DNA of 63,877 nt, the filler included, from Sphacelaria rigidula (taxonomy: Eukaryota), in NCBI GenBank assembly GCA_964200075.2. It is 7 parts of 7 records of this genome, joined end to end, with 100 filler letters (N's around TTAATTAATTAA, not from the genome) between each part and the next. Parts side by side here need not be neighbours in the genome. Positions count along the whole stretch, not along the records: positions 45,704 to 54,740 come from CAXNAA020009454.1; positions 54,841 to 63,877 come from CAXNAA020009455.1; 5 more parts are not named here. One strand, written 5' to 3'. A model generated the notes under the pieces. The model saw only the letters and a list, made by a program, of their open reading frames with translations. It was not told the DNA's origin and did no database searches. Below, in pieces: positions 50,916 to 63,810 of this stretch. Every line of letters starts with the position of its first letter. The stretch's first letter is position 1. A program made the translations under genes and the position numbers.

Positions 50916-52606
50916 TGGTGGCAGGTCGTGATGATTTACAATCGCCAGGCGGAGTGTTCTGGATAGATTGTATCTTACAAGAAGTACAGTATAGTTGGAA
51001 CAAAAATAAAAATAATATCAGACAGAGCACGTATTGCTCTATCTCTCCGCAGCACCCACCTGTCTGTGCTGCTACGACCACTTCCTGTACTACAGTACAC
51101 TGTACTCCTCTAGGAACGTACACCATGATACCGCACAACAAACGCAGGCGAACATATGCTTCAAGCATCCATGAGCTCGAAGGTCTGAAGCCAGTGCTTG
51201 GGGTCGGCCCTTTCTGCTCTCTCCCGTACTACAAGGATATCTGGAGACCTCGTTGTAGCGGTGTCTTCGGCCGCTTCTATTCTACGGAAAGAAAATCTCT
51301 CAGACCGTGTCTTGTGGTCCGTCTCAACGAGACAACAGAACTGAGAACATGCCATGAGAGTAAGAATGATTGTGGCGGTTTCGTGATCATTCTTCTGTCC
51401 TTCCGATTAGTTGAGAGCTGATGCCTCATTGCCATCGCTCCCGAAATCACGAAAATTAATCCAGTCTTGCATACCCCGGACAAAAGAATAGTCAAAAAGT
51501 GTACTGCGTACAGTATCGACTATTGCGCCTATTGCAATAGAAAATAGATTCTATACTGAACGCAGCACATTTTTTGACAAAATTATTTGTTGTCCAGGGT
51601 GTGCTCCTTTTCCATAATATTATGGAGGTGTGAGCCGCAGAGACGTGTCATGATTTGTAATTTTTACTTGAATCAGTCATGTTCCGCAGTTTTGATTATC
51701 TCGCGCTCCGACAAGGGGCCGTGCAAAACTACGAGTAAATGAAGGAGCCAGCCCTCCCCCTATCCTATTTCTTCATTCTCGAAGCCACCGACGGGGGGAG
51801 GGGGACAGGGCTGCCTCCTTTATTTCGTTGTGTGCGGCTCCTTGGCTCCAACTGCCCAGCGAGGTCATCGTGAAGAGGGGTGGACAAAATCGGCACGGGT
51901 AGCTGACCTTAACAGGCGACTTGCAGTGGTGGGGAAAGCCGCACGACGCTTGGGGAAGGTCACTGCGCGAATTGCGAGCGTTCTCTGCTGAAAACGTGCC
52001 TCTTTCCAGTAGTATGCGCATAAGTTCGTGCCGAGTTCTCTACATGCGGGCCCCACCGCGTGCGCGATGCTGTACTGCTTGTTGTCTGTGTGTCTTTCAC
52101 TGCACCGTATGAATTAGGCGTGTACCCAGCTCGAATGCCTGGGAGATGCCGAAATTGCTTTAGCATTTTCCTTTGTCGCGCGGGATACGTCCATCAAGTG
52201 TGCGTTTACATTACTTGGCGCGCGCAGGACGCAAACGCCGCTCCTGCCGTTGTGATCGCTGGTCATACGATCGACGAAGCGATACAGAAACAGCACGGGG
52301 ATCACGCGAGAGCAGACTTTTCCATTCCCACGAATCTATAATTTTTCGTCTTCAGGAGACAGGTAGGAACGTTGACCGTGCACTTCGCTATCGCTAGTTT
52401 CGTGCAGCCCATGCGAGTGCGTCCCGCCTCGCCTCCACTTCAAACCCAGCTCTAAGACTGAGTAGCCATATAGATGGTACAGTGTACGGGTGGCCACCAA
52501 GGTGGGGGTGCCCTTCCACCCGGGAAGTCATGGGGCTTGAAAGTATCCCGCGTCCTCAACTAGATAGCGTCTTCCTCACCGAGCAAGCCTCCTTTCATTG
52601 TTATAA

Positions 52607-52972
52607 CCGGTCGCCCCGGTGGCTCAGTTGGTAACCTCGTAACCTGATGGTTGAGTAGGGGGGTTCGATTCCCGGAGCGATCTGGAAATTTTTCTCACAC
52701 CATGCCCAACAGTGGAGAGCGACTATGTCGTGGGTACACAAAATCCTACCTAGCGATCGACGAGGGAAAGGGACTGCCGGGCCCCTCTCGCGATAAAAAT
52801 AAAGGCAAGCACCGCGCAGAAGGATGCGAAGGTGGGGTATTAAAATAGAAATATAAAGAAGCTCCTGTGTTGATCTTCCTCCTATGTGCCCCCCGGCTGA
52901 TGCGCCCACGTACACCGAAAGGTGTAGACTGGTGCTCATAATAAATGGGACGACAACCTTCACACAACACAA
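52607..52972 (+). mobile_element. tRNA-derived SINE, family A
   Basis: CCGGTCGCCCCGGTGGCTCAGTTGG head, GGTTCGATTCC B box, conserved body and tail. Confidence 0.88.
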
Positions 52973-55900
52973 TGTCCCATAGATCGACTCTGCACACGAG
53001 TCACCCTACCCATCCCGGTGTTGGTCCTCAGATATGTATCGTGGGGATATCGTCAAATACTCCGCAAGGTTAGGGCAGTGGAGTCTGCCAACGACCCTTG
53101 ACGGCGTACCCGGCAAGGGGGCAACGACCCCTTACAGACAGTGCCATAAGATTACGGAGGTACAATGCAGTGGTGGCGAGTGCCATTTGGCGCGCGATGA
53201 AGGCCGGCCACGCCGCACGATGTGAAACCTCGCGCCTTTTTCCCGCGGAAAGTTCGAGGCCATCCCCCATCTAGGTGGGAACTTGCATCGTCTCTAGTTG
53301 GAATCCGCGGTATGGGCTGCCGATGGTTTCAACCGTTCCGCGAGAAAGGCAAACCCTGGATAAGCATCACCTTACCAGACCTTCATCGGCAAAGCCCAAA
53401 CTCTTCAGACTGTCCCGTTTCTCGAGGGATGATGAGGGTACACCGCCGGACGCCCAAGCTGTCGCCTGCTACGACTACAACAATATAAAGCAACCATTCA
53501 TCCTCGACCATAAAAGTACTGAAGGCAGCTACCAGATCCGTCTGTTATTCCAACAACGTGGTCTGGACAGTCCCTGGTCTACCACTACACTCCTCGGCGT
53601 CGCCCGACACGAGGGGGGGGGGAGTACAACGCTTCTGCCGACCCCCTCGATGCCGCTACGCCGCCGCCAGCTGCCACTACACACCATTTCCACCCGCCGC
53701 TGCGCCACACCACCTATATGTTCCCACTACCGCGCGGCCGTCGTCACTTCCATCTACCGCTAGACCACCTAGGAAACACTATCCTGTTGCTACGCCGCCG
53801 CCACCATCATTTGCACCCGCCGCTACGATCAACTCTCTCTTATGATTAACTTCCATCAGCCGTAACTTCTCGGTTAACATCTCTTCATTGTTTACTTCCT
53901 TTCGGGTAGCCATTGCTCTAACGTCTCTCTGCTTCCTTTTGCTTGTAATCGGTCCTCAACGTCAGGTCTCTTCTTGAACGCCCCTCTGCTTCTAATTGCC
54001 TGTAATCAACTCTCAACGTGAGGTCTCTTTGTTATTTGCGCGCCTACGAAGCTCTCTTATTGCTAGCGTAATTGACAGCCTCGTACACGAGGTATTGTTG
54101 ACAGGGGGGGAAGTGTGTGATCTTCTTGTATCAATCTCTCTCACTCTTGAGTCACCAATCACCCACACACACCACCGTATGCACGCTCCTTTAGAGCTGC
54201 TTGTGCAAACAGCACTCCAAGTGTAGAAGGAAAAGCAAGCCCAAAAGAAGTGAACTGGTGGGGCGCATCACTCTCGTATGCGGTACAAATGTTATGATAC
54301 AACCCTCTGCTCCTGATTGGCCCAATCCTGTATTGGATCACATATCTGTTCCGCATTCAGTATTCACCACATTGTACGTGTACCAGTACAAGTACACATG
54401 CACAGGGATCTAATCCGAGCATAATCAAACTAAAAAGCAGCCGGCGGGACAGTTTTAACTTGATAACGACTAATCACATCGCTCCACTCTACTTGAAAAA
54501 ATACTTGGGATAGTATTCTAAAACCTAGCGTCCGTGCTGTCTTATCTCACCGTCAATCACGCACACACTCACATGGTCCAACACGAAACAGTACAGTGCT
54601 CCAACGCACAGCATCAGCTACACAGAGTGCTGCGGTACTGCCTGTGCCTAGCGGTTTCCCCACAAATACGATATAACAACAAATTGTGCGAATTGAGGTT
54701 TAACGCCGAGATGGGGTTCAAGCCTAAAACAGTGCTTTCCNNNNNNNNNNNNNNNNNNNNNNNNNNNNNNNNNNNNNNNNNNNNTTAATTAATTAANNNN
54801 NNNNNNNNNNNNNNNNNNNNNNNNNNNNNNNNNNNNNNNNCGCCTTGAGGTGGGGGGGGGGGGGGGGTGGGGGGGGGGGGGGGGGGGGGGGGGGCGGGGT
54901 GGGGGGGGGGGGGCGTAACGCCGAGGGGGGAGCCGACTTGAGCGCGCGCGATCGTTAACGCTCTCACGGCAATACACAAGGGGCCATCTATCATGAGTAT
55001 TCAACTTATTCGCACTCACGATATACTGTATACTGAGAACCGAGGCTCGAAATCCAGAGCAACTCGACGCAACCGCAAAGGACGAGTATGGCGAAGACCA
55101 CAACAAAAAAAGTGTATTTTCCTCGGTTTTGGGCCTCCTAGTGGCCAAACTCCCTGTGAACGACGTGCTTTGTTCGTACAAGCTAATGCATACTCACCTC
55201 GCATGAGTTCTTCATGAGTCGCCATCATGCACTGCAAATGAAACGCACACGACATTTCACCTCGGAGCAGAGGGTGCCTACCCTTGTGGTGGAGTCGGGC
55301 GTGCCTCAACACCGACGACAACACTTTCGATTCGCAACGCAGCATCGGGACTAGGTTCGACCCCTTTTAGGGAAAGCGTTGAGGACGATGGTAGTGGAAC
55401 GAACGATGATGGGGTTCGAACCACAGTCTTGTAGGGGAGGGGAGGGGAGGGTGAAGTCACGGTAGAGTTCGTGCAAGAAAATAACGTCGTCTGTGAAGAA
55501 ACGTTAAAAGGTCGTACACTGAAAGACAGTACAGTAATGCATTTCATCTCCATGTTTTCGTGCAAAATAAAATATAGGCGCCAGCTTCAGCTTTTATCTT
55601 CAGATGTGCAATCATTTTGTTATAGTCACGTGACAGACTCCCCCCCCCTCCCCACCCTGCGGGATGAGGGTTAGGTGTGAAAATAGTGAAATGAACCAGG
55701 GTTCAATCTCAGTCTCGTGAGGGAGGGGTTGATGACCACAGCAATGTAGGGGGGAATGACGTGTTGAGAAACGTCTACCCTTTTGGGCTCCACCTTATGA
55801 CAGTACTAAATGCATGTATTGTTGTTCTTGTCTCTTTTGTCGTATTTTATTTTCCGGTGGTACCAAGGTAACCGCATGATCAGAGTGTGGAGCGATCCAG

Positions 55901-56484
55901 CGGCCAACGACCAAAATTTGACAACCCCCTGCCCCCCCCCCCGCCCCCCCCTACTCCTGCAGGATAAGGGGTGTGTGCGAGAGCAGTGAAGAGAATCAGG
56001 CTTCAAATGGATCAGAGATACGGGAGTAGTGCACGGAACGAAGGATGAAATCACAGTGTTGTGGGGGAAACTTTTGAAGTAAGTCACGATGGAATTTGTG
56101 CGACAAAATAACATGTGTTCTAGAAGTGTCGTAACGTTGGGCACTGAAAGAGCGAACTCTCCGTGCCCCCTCTGTACCCACAGAAATGTACAACAACAGT
56201 ACGTAGTACCAGTGACCACGTTTTTGTGCCATTCAAGCGTGTAGTATTAGTATCTCCAACTCATGCTATTTCGCCACACGAATCATGAAAAACGATCCTG
56301 CCAAAAAAAAATCATGCTTGGCCCTCCTCACACCTAGGATTGCCGACCGGCAGCAGCAGCAGTACTAATCCCAGGTAGGAACAGTGCAGAACAGCACATG
56401 AAAAATCGTAATAGCCTTGCAGCAGTCCTACCAGCTATCGGTAACCCGAGTATTTACTAAGCGGGGCTGCCTTCCTGCGATCAC

Positions 56485-56655
56485 CTGCTGTGCTGGACCG
56501 AACTCGTCTCCCTCGAAGCTGTGCGCGATCATGATCGAGTCCCGGATGCCCAAAGAGTAGCCCTTATTAGCCCCTCCCCCCAACGGATGATGGCCAGCGG
56601 CCATCCCCAGTATAGCTAGAAAAGCGGCCCATCCCCCTGTGAACAACCTCATCAT
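56485..56655 (-). CDS. Putative first exon of a signal-peptide protein, divergent from the JmjC gene
   Basis: MMRLFTGGWAAFLAILGMAAG hydrophobic start; 57 codons ending at the donor CAG|GTGATC. Confidence 0.4.
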
Positions 56656-57374
56656 CAATACCAGTGAGTCCGTCTAGGCGCGAGTTGGTGTGAAGGTACT
56701 TGTACAACTTGCATCTTCCATCGCACACCTGCGCGGCTGGTCGTCCACTGTTTTGGGTCCAGACCCGCAGTCAAAGGTAGGTCGCAATATATAAGGAAGT
56801 AGACAGAAACAATGGAAGCATCATCGCCAGCGCAGGCATTATTGATCTGAGGGATAATTGCTTCCTGGGGGTGTAGAAGCAGTGGGTATCCCAACAAGGT
56901 TACTACGTTCCTACATGCCTCTGGCAACTGAAAAGAATCAACCCACAATGGGTCACTTGCAGCATCATGATCCAAAAAGTGCGGGGGAATTAGGCTCTTC
57001 TCGCTCACCCCTCGCCCCCCGCCACGATTCTCCTGTGTATTGGGAGGAGACACCAGCACACCACCCACCGTACAGAGATCCACTACATCTACCTCCAGCA
57101 TCACTAACATCCTGCACACATCCGCTGCATAAATATATGCGCAGGTTGCTGCGAAGCGTAGTGCTGCGGTATTTTCTTTTGAAGCCTTCGACGTGACGGG
57201 TAGACTGCAATAGGATCGGACAGGACAGAGCGTAGAGGACATCAGCGCCACTGTCAGCACTGTCGTTGTCAACGCGCCCAGTCCCCGAATAGAGATACAG
57301 AAAGCACAGCAATTAGCGCAATCTGCACGACTGTCCCGCATTGTGCATAGGTTGGGAGCCTGTAGTAATAGGGT

Positions 57375-60300
57375 ATGGAGGAACTCTTCAAAACGCTACA
57401 GGAAGACACGCAATCTCTGTGGCAGAACCCGCACGGTTCTGTGCGGCGGTTACGGCGCATGCCCTCGGCAGCAACATTCTTCAGGGACTACGTTGCCACC
57501 AGTACGCCTGTCATCATAGAAGGAGGTGTGTCGAGCTGGGACGCGGTGAGGTCATGGGACCTGGAATCTCTCGGCAGGACAAACCCAGAACTTGAGGTGT
57601 GTAGCATAAGACCCCCTGCGGAGTGGTTCCTCAGATTGCCACCTTTGTGTCGCTTCAAAAACCCATGTCGATCTCCCTACGCGACTGTCCTTTGTGGGCT
57701 ATCTGTTCAACGGCGGCCTGTGGACCCTATGGGGAGTAACGATATGTATAAGCTTCACCGCGTACGCTCGTGTTACCTCAGAGACGGGATAGTGTTGTAC
57801 GTTCAGTTTAACAGTTCAACAGTCTACCGAGTGTGCAGTTCCTATGGTGTACTGTTCCGCGTTCACGTGTACAAGATCATGTCTTCGTTGGACTCGTTCT
57901 GTAGTTCGATCGGCAGAGTCTCCTGTATCAAGGCAAAATTCGAAACCGGCGGGCACGAATGTGCTGCAGAATGCGACCACAGCCGAAAGCAGCAACCACC
58001 GTGGTGGAGAGCCCACTTTCTGAGTGCCTGTGTTCAACATTGTTGGCGTTGAAGCGCTTCTGTAATGCTCGAGTGACCAGTAAGTACTATTACTCTACTT
58101 GTAGTACTCATTCGGATGCTCTCTACTACAGGCCAAGCACACTCCAGCAGCGACGTCAGGCGTCACACTTTCCGTCTGTGGTTGGCACCGCTTGGTTACC
58201 CCGATTGAGTCCTCAGGTGACCGTGGACTGCACTCCTGATGGAAAAGGGGATTGCGTCGTGTGTTTAGGCTCCGATGGTAGAGCGGATAGCGGCAGCTGT
58301 GGTGACTCAGGCGCCGTGTTTGTAAAACCAGAAGAGCGGCGCATGAAGTTTCAGGAATTTGCCGACGATTTGTTGGCGGCTAAGGAGTGCTGCGAGGGTA
58401 TTCGCCCTGAGCCCCAAGACATGGGTATGGGAGTACCCTACCTTTCTCATCAGGTGCGGGACGTCGTGCACCACACACATGGTGTATTGCTATCTACATC
58501 TGCTCGTTTCATGTCGACTGGCCTGCTTCCATTTATGTGTAGCCATCGATGGATTTCCTGTTCCCGCCAAGGGTAAGGGTTTGACATCTACCCCAACGTT
58601 CATCGACCGACGCTAAGCCGCTGCCAGAAATAACGAGCAACGATATTGACGATATTTACTGCAGTTGGCTACCGTTGCTGCCAGAATACATGTCGATACA
58701 CTGTAACATCCCGCGATCTCTTCTCCCTACGCGGCGGTCTCTTGCCCACTTTTCTTTTCACCTGCGTGACTTTGTGCATCGGGGAAGAACGACAGCCTGA
58801 GGTGCGAATTCCCTGGGCTAATGTCGGATGTCGAACCGTTCTTGGAGCTGGCGCGAGAAGCATTCGGCAACGAACCTGACGCCGTCAATTTGTGGATCGG
58901 CGACGACCGATCCATGTCCTCCGTACACAAGGATCACTATGAGGTGTGAATATCCCCTTGAAACAGCAGGCGGGTGGCGGGCATGGGGGAGGCGGCGCTA
59001 GAATTTCGGCAGGATTCCCCTGTATTGCTGCTTAGCTAGTTCTTCCGAAATACTTTTTCAAAGAGTTGTGCACTGGTCTTCATATACTGATTTGCAGCTA
59101 ATAGTCGACGCCTGGAGTCTGTGTTCTTGTGTTGTCATCCCATTTATTCTGGACGCCAGTCTACACCTTTCGGTATATATTGGCGCATCAGCCGGGGTTA
59201 CACAGGAGGAAGGCCAACACAGGAGTATTTTGTTCTACTTCTCCACGTTCCTTCTGCGGTGATCGCAGTGTTTTTCATCACGAGAGGGGTTCAACTGTCC
59301 CTTTCCCGACCGCGAGGTCAATTTTTGTGTCCCCACGACGTAGTCGCTCTCCACTGTTGAGCATTGTGTGAGAAAAATCCCAGATCGTGTAACTGCACCG
59401 AGATTCGAACCCATGACCCAACCGTCAGAAGGGTTCGAGGTCACCAACTGAGCTACCGGGGCGACCGGCTCAAGTCTAGAGGCGAGTATTCGACCTCGAG
59501 TTGTTCGAGTATGGGGCAGCGCAGATGGTTGGAGGCTTCGGTGCACCGCTTGCGTGTGCGTGTAGCTGTTGGCGTGATGATGCTTCTTGAACCGGCGGTG
59601 AGGGCTTCCGCCGGGAGACGTTTTTCTGCGTCGGTTGTGTTTTTCGCCGCAGTTTACAGCCGATTTGTCGCACGTCGCAACGTCGCCCGACGCAATTGCT
59701 TACCCTCTTGAATGACATTGCACTTCAATACACGCCCGGTGATCTTCTCCGTTCCTTTTGTTCGTACTGCTCTATTCCGTTTTGTTCGTTTTGCTTGTAT
59801 CCGACGTTTTTTCATATTCGTTGCAACTGGTGTTCATATTCGTTGCAACTGGTGGCCGCAGAACATGTACTGCGTTTTGCGAGGCGAGAAGCAATTCACG
59901 CTCTTGCCGCCTTCGGACGTGCTTTTTTTGTACGAGCAAGAGTATCCTCAGGGCAGATACCGCCGAAAAGATGATGGGAGTGGGTTCGAGGTACACATGG
60001 AGGAAGGCATCGTTCCGTGGATTCCTGTCGGTGAGCCAATGCTCGACTGGTTGCAGGTTCTGCCTCTGTTTTCGAAGATTGTTGTCATTTTTAGGCGTGC
60101 TGTGCTAGCACCCTTTTACACTCTGCATATTTTATCTTCTCCTCCCCAGCGTGTGACACTGGTCTTCACCTCTCTATGGCCAACCTTCTTTTCCCCAGCC
60201 CGTGAAATTGACCTTCACCGCAGCAAAAATGACGACCGGTATCACTCTCTTTCCCGACGTTCCTCATTGCCTCCCTCTTGTTTGCTCTCCGTGCAGACCC

Positions 60301-60909
60301 GGCTTGTCCCGACCTCAGTCGTTACCCCAACTTCCAGTACGCGTCTCCTGTTCAATGCAACGTCGGACCGGGGGTGAGCGCAGTCGCCTTAGTTTTGCCC
60401 GACCGTAACCCTTGCTACACTGTTTTGCCCTTGAAAGTCTGTAGTAGGTTGTGGCAGTATCGGAAGTTGTGGTGGTTTTGAGTGCTACCTCGATAAGATG
60501 GTGCGCTTCCTTCCGTCACGTGGGTAGTAGACACGTCATCGGTCATCCCGCAGATTCCATTTGTGGTTGCTAAGTATCTGAGGATATTTCCCCCTCCTCT
60601 TGGTGGCAGGTTTGCCTTTTTTGCCGGCTGAAATGTCTTCGCTCCACACACCCCCCTTGATCATTACACGCGCACACACGTGCATGCCACACGCAGGACA
60701 TACTATACCTTCCTGCGCTGTGGTACCACCGTGTTTCACAAAAGGGGATCACGATAGCGGTCAACTACTGGCACGACATGAGTTTCGACTTCAAGTATGT
60801 CTACTACAGATTCCTGCAGGAATTGTCGCGGAAACGCATACAGTCGTCGTCTCCGGAAACCACCGACGATCCATTGTTTTCCTCGGTTGGGAGCGTTGAA
60901 TCCCGCTAA
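57375..60909 (+). CDS. JMJD7: JmjC-domain (cupin-like) 2-oxoglutarate/Fe(II) oxygenase, JMJD7-like, 357 aa; exons 57375-57596, 58217-58453, 58788-58943, 59862-60030, 60297-60373, 60697-60909
   Basis: Six GT-AG exons with matching phases. Motifs FFRDYVATSTPVII, VTVDCTPDGKGD, YLSHQNDSL, PDAVNLWIGD…[34 protein letters not shown] and GPGDILYLPALWYHRVSQ…IAVNYWHDM; intact HxD…H iron triad. Confidence 0.95.
59119..59469 (-). mobile_element. tRNA-derived SINE, family A, in JMJD7 intron 3
   Basis: Full-length reverse-complement copy between exons ending at 58943 and starting at 59862. Confidence 0.88.
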
Positions 60910-62673
60910 GGAAGCGGAGTCTCCTGCGCACAACTCGGAACGCACGGGACGAGGAGCTGTTAGTAAGCGCAGTCGGCGGAAGGGAAAGGATTTCAACGCT
61001 TCACTGTACAATAAATAACCTGAACCTTCGCTTTTTTTTGTGGGAGTAGTGGCTTAATAGCAATACATGCGGGCGTGGTCGGTAGTGCACGGGAGAGGTG
61101 GGTGTATCTCACGAAATTATTGACGATATGTCCTGTCAAGCGCTGAGGCAGTGTAAACGAGACCTGGGAATGTTTGAGGAGGAGCTAAGATGTTTCGGAG
61201 TGGAAGTGAGAAGCTGTTTTTCGCGAACCCCATGGCGATAATCATTGCTGACGCTCTTCTTTCGTTTCCTCCTAGGTCTCGTGTCTCGATATTCGGTTAG
61301 CCGGAGTCGTGTGCACGTCACCTCTGTTTCGGGTCTCGGGATACGCACACCGATAGGTAGAGGGGGATTGTACTCGTGGTGAGAGGTGCAGAAGTGAGCA
61401 TACTCTGCGTTGTGTGTCTGTGTGTGTGTAGCCCCTGACAAATCTTGATACAACGTGGACGTGCTTAATACAACAGGATTGATATAGTTTTCGATGCTTT
61501 ATATATATATATATTGGTCATTCTCTTCTTGAATAGGGAGATTGGCTCAATGTGAGATGCAGCACGGGGTACAAATGACAGTAGTTCCACCTAAATCGTG
61601 ACTTCCCGGTGAAGGTTCAGCAAGTGTCGCCCACGGGTAAGACAGTCGGCATCATCTTCACTTGGAAATTGAATGCAGAACCTACTGTAGATCGCCCACC
61701 CTGACTTTCGAAGGGTTAAGGGTGAATGACAGGCGGCTCGACGATGTCTTTTGCTGTACGGGTACAGACGTGTAATTGTCCCACTGATAAATACGCCCAT
61801 TTTATATCGTTTCCAGGGCTTTCACCAGAATTGAGCTGCGCAATAATTGTTATAGGAATGTCAATCACACATAATAATCTAGAAATGCTGCAAAGTGTGA
61901 CAAGATGATGAATCTCGACAGGTCTCCGAATAGAACTTTGGTAACAATGTGGTGTCATCTCCAAATTCCCGGGTTAGGCGTGAGATACACCGACGACAGT
62001 TTTGCGCGATGCTGTGATAAACGTTGATGCTAACCGTGGTTATGTGGTACATGTCTGTGTGGTACAGTGTGAATTGTTCGGAATGGGAGGCTTACGATGA
62101 CATTTTTATAGAAAATAAACCATTCGGACAGTGTTTCTCGCCTACTTCGTCTTCATCGTACTAGTTCAGTCTTCACCCCTTGGCTGCGAGGGTAGTCCAT
62201 TTGGACCATGCACATTTTTTTAGAGTGAAGTTGAAGCGCGACACATGACCGTTGCTCGCCGTCAAAGGCTTAGCAGGATGTTTTGCTCGGAGGGACCGAT
62301 GATGGCGCAGCATGATGTTTATCCCTGGGGTAATTTTTTACGCGGTGAAATTTCGAGGAAAATCCTTTCTATACCCGTACTGGGAACCCCTCACGTCGCC
62401 TTGTTCATCGCTCTTTCTGGGAAAATACTGCAACAATTACAGCCCAGGCCAAGTAGAAAGTCTTCCAACTTTTTGTTCGCAAGACCAATCCCCCCAATTT
62501 CTTCCCTTTTCTTGATTTTGCGACGTTTGTGGCTTGTGGCAGTGCAAGGATGTCTGGAAGTTCAGAGGATCACTGCTGCGTGTGCAGGTGGCCTATCTGT
62601 GCGTTCTTCTCGAGCGTGTTGATGTTTCGAGATGTGTGTTCATCCGTATCATCATAATAATTCAAATTGTATA

Positions 62674-63415
62674 CAACGACAGTTTCGTGAGATTGAGAGT
62701 AGACCGCTGATCGAGAGTGGCTTTCATAATTCGCTTCAACTAGGGCAATCTTTCATTCCGTGTGTGCTTTTCTTTGTCTCCATCAATAACAGTATATTCT
62801 CGAAAATGGGATTGAAGGAAAAAATGAGGTTCAACCCAAAAGTCGTGCTTTCCCTGACCTAAACTCATGATAAATGACTGTCATGTGGACGACCCCATCC
62901 CTCCCGACCTCCCTAAAGCTATTTCGAGGGATTTCTAGCCTTCCGTTCCCTCAAAGGGTATGTTCGAAAGCACGATTTTTGGGCCGAAATGCGTCCTTTT
63001 TTCATCCAAAAATCGAGGCCGAAGTGTGCTTTTGCACGTGTCCTTTGGAGGAACGGAAGACCAGAAATCCCCTGAAATAGTTTCAGGGAGGTCGGGAGGG
63101 ATGAGGTCGTCCGTATGAACGTCATTTGTCATGAATTTAGGTCAGGGAAAGCACGACTTTTGGGTTGAACCTCATTTTTTTCTTCAACCTCATCTTCGAG
63201 AATTCACTGTTCACTGGCGTGTGCTTACAGCTACACGTCGGTATCCCACTCAGGGATATCAAGGGCCTCAGTGGCAAGCTACTACAGAAAGCATATCGGG
63301 CCTCGGGGAGAGGCATGTCGGAACTGAAACGACTACCTAATTGACCGCTTTTCACTCTCAATCGGATCCTCTACTCTCAATCGGATCCTCTACCCTCAAT
63401 ATCACGAGAACATTG
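62674..63415. mobile_element. TA-flanked TIR element; a matching right end also lies at about 80-123
   Basis: TA-CAA…TTTCGTGAGATTGAGAGTAG versus CTACCCTCAATATCACGAGAACATTG-TA. Subterminal ACTCTCAATCGGATCCTCT tandem repeats. Confidence 0.55.
62788..63211. mobile_element. Long-TIR foldback element (~190-bp arms, AACA...TGTT ends) nested in the previous element
   Basis: Arms about 62788-62985 and 63015-63211 are imperfect reverse complements; flanks CAAT and CACT. Confidence 0.8.
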
Positions 63416-63548
63416 TATACATGGTGTACCTGATGACTATGTGCGGCACAAGTAGACAATGTACACCCGACCACCCGGTAGCGCGTTCTTTACAGTCATA
63501 TACGTACGACGCTAAAAATGACACCGCTTTTTTTCTTATATACAGTGG

Positions 63549-63810
63549 TTCGGTCCCCCCGGTGGCTCAGTTGGTAACCTCGAAACCTTCTGACGGTCGG
63601 GTCGTGGGTTCAAATCTCGGAGCGATCTGGGATTTTTCCTCACACCATGCCCAACAGTACAGTGGAGAGCGACGTTGTCGCGGGTAGACAACATTCAACT
63701 CAACGGTCGACGAGGAAAAGGGACTGTTGTACCCCTCTCGCGATAAAAAAGAAAGGCAAGCACCGCAGAAGGATCGTGGAGCATTCAACAGAAACAAAAA
63801 AGAAAAATTA
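63549..63810 (+). mobile_element. SINE family A, 3' end interrupted by the contig-terminal repeat
   Basis: CCCCGGTGGCTCAGTTGG head and body up to GGCAAGCACCGCAGAAGGA. Confidence 0.85.

Noticed and set aside
54841..54915. Poly-G tract and the resulting poly-Pro ORFs
   Set aside because: Low-complexity sequence at a contig edge, probably a sequencing or assembly artefact.
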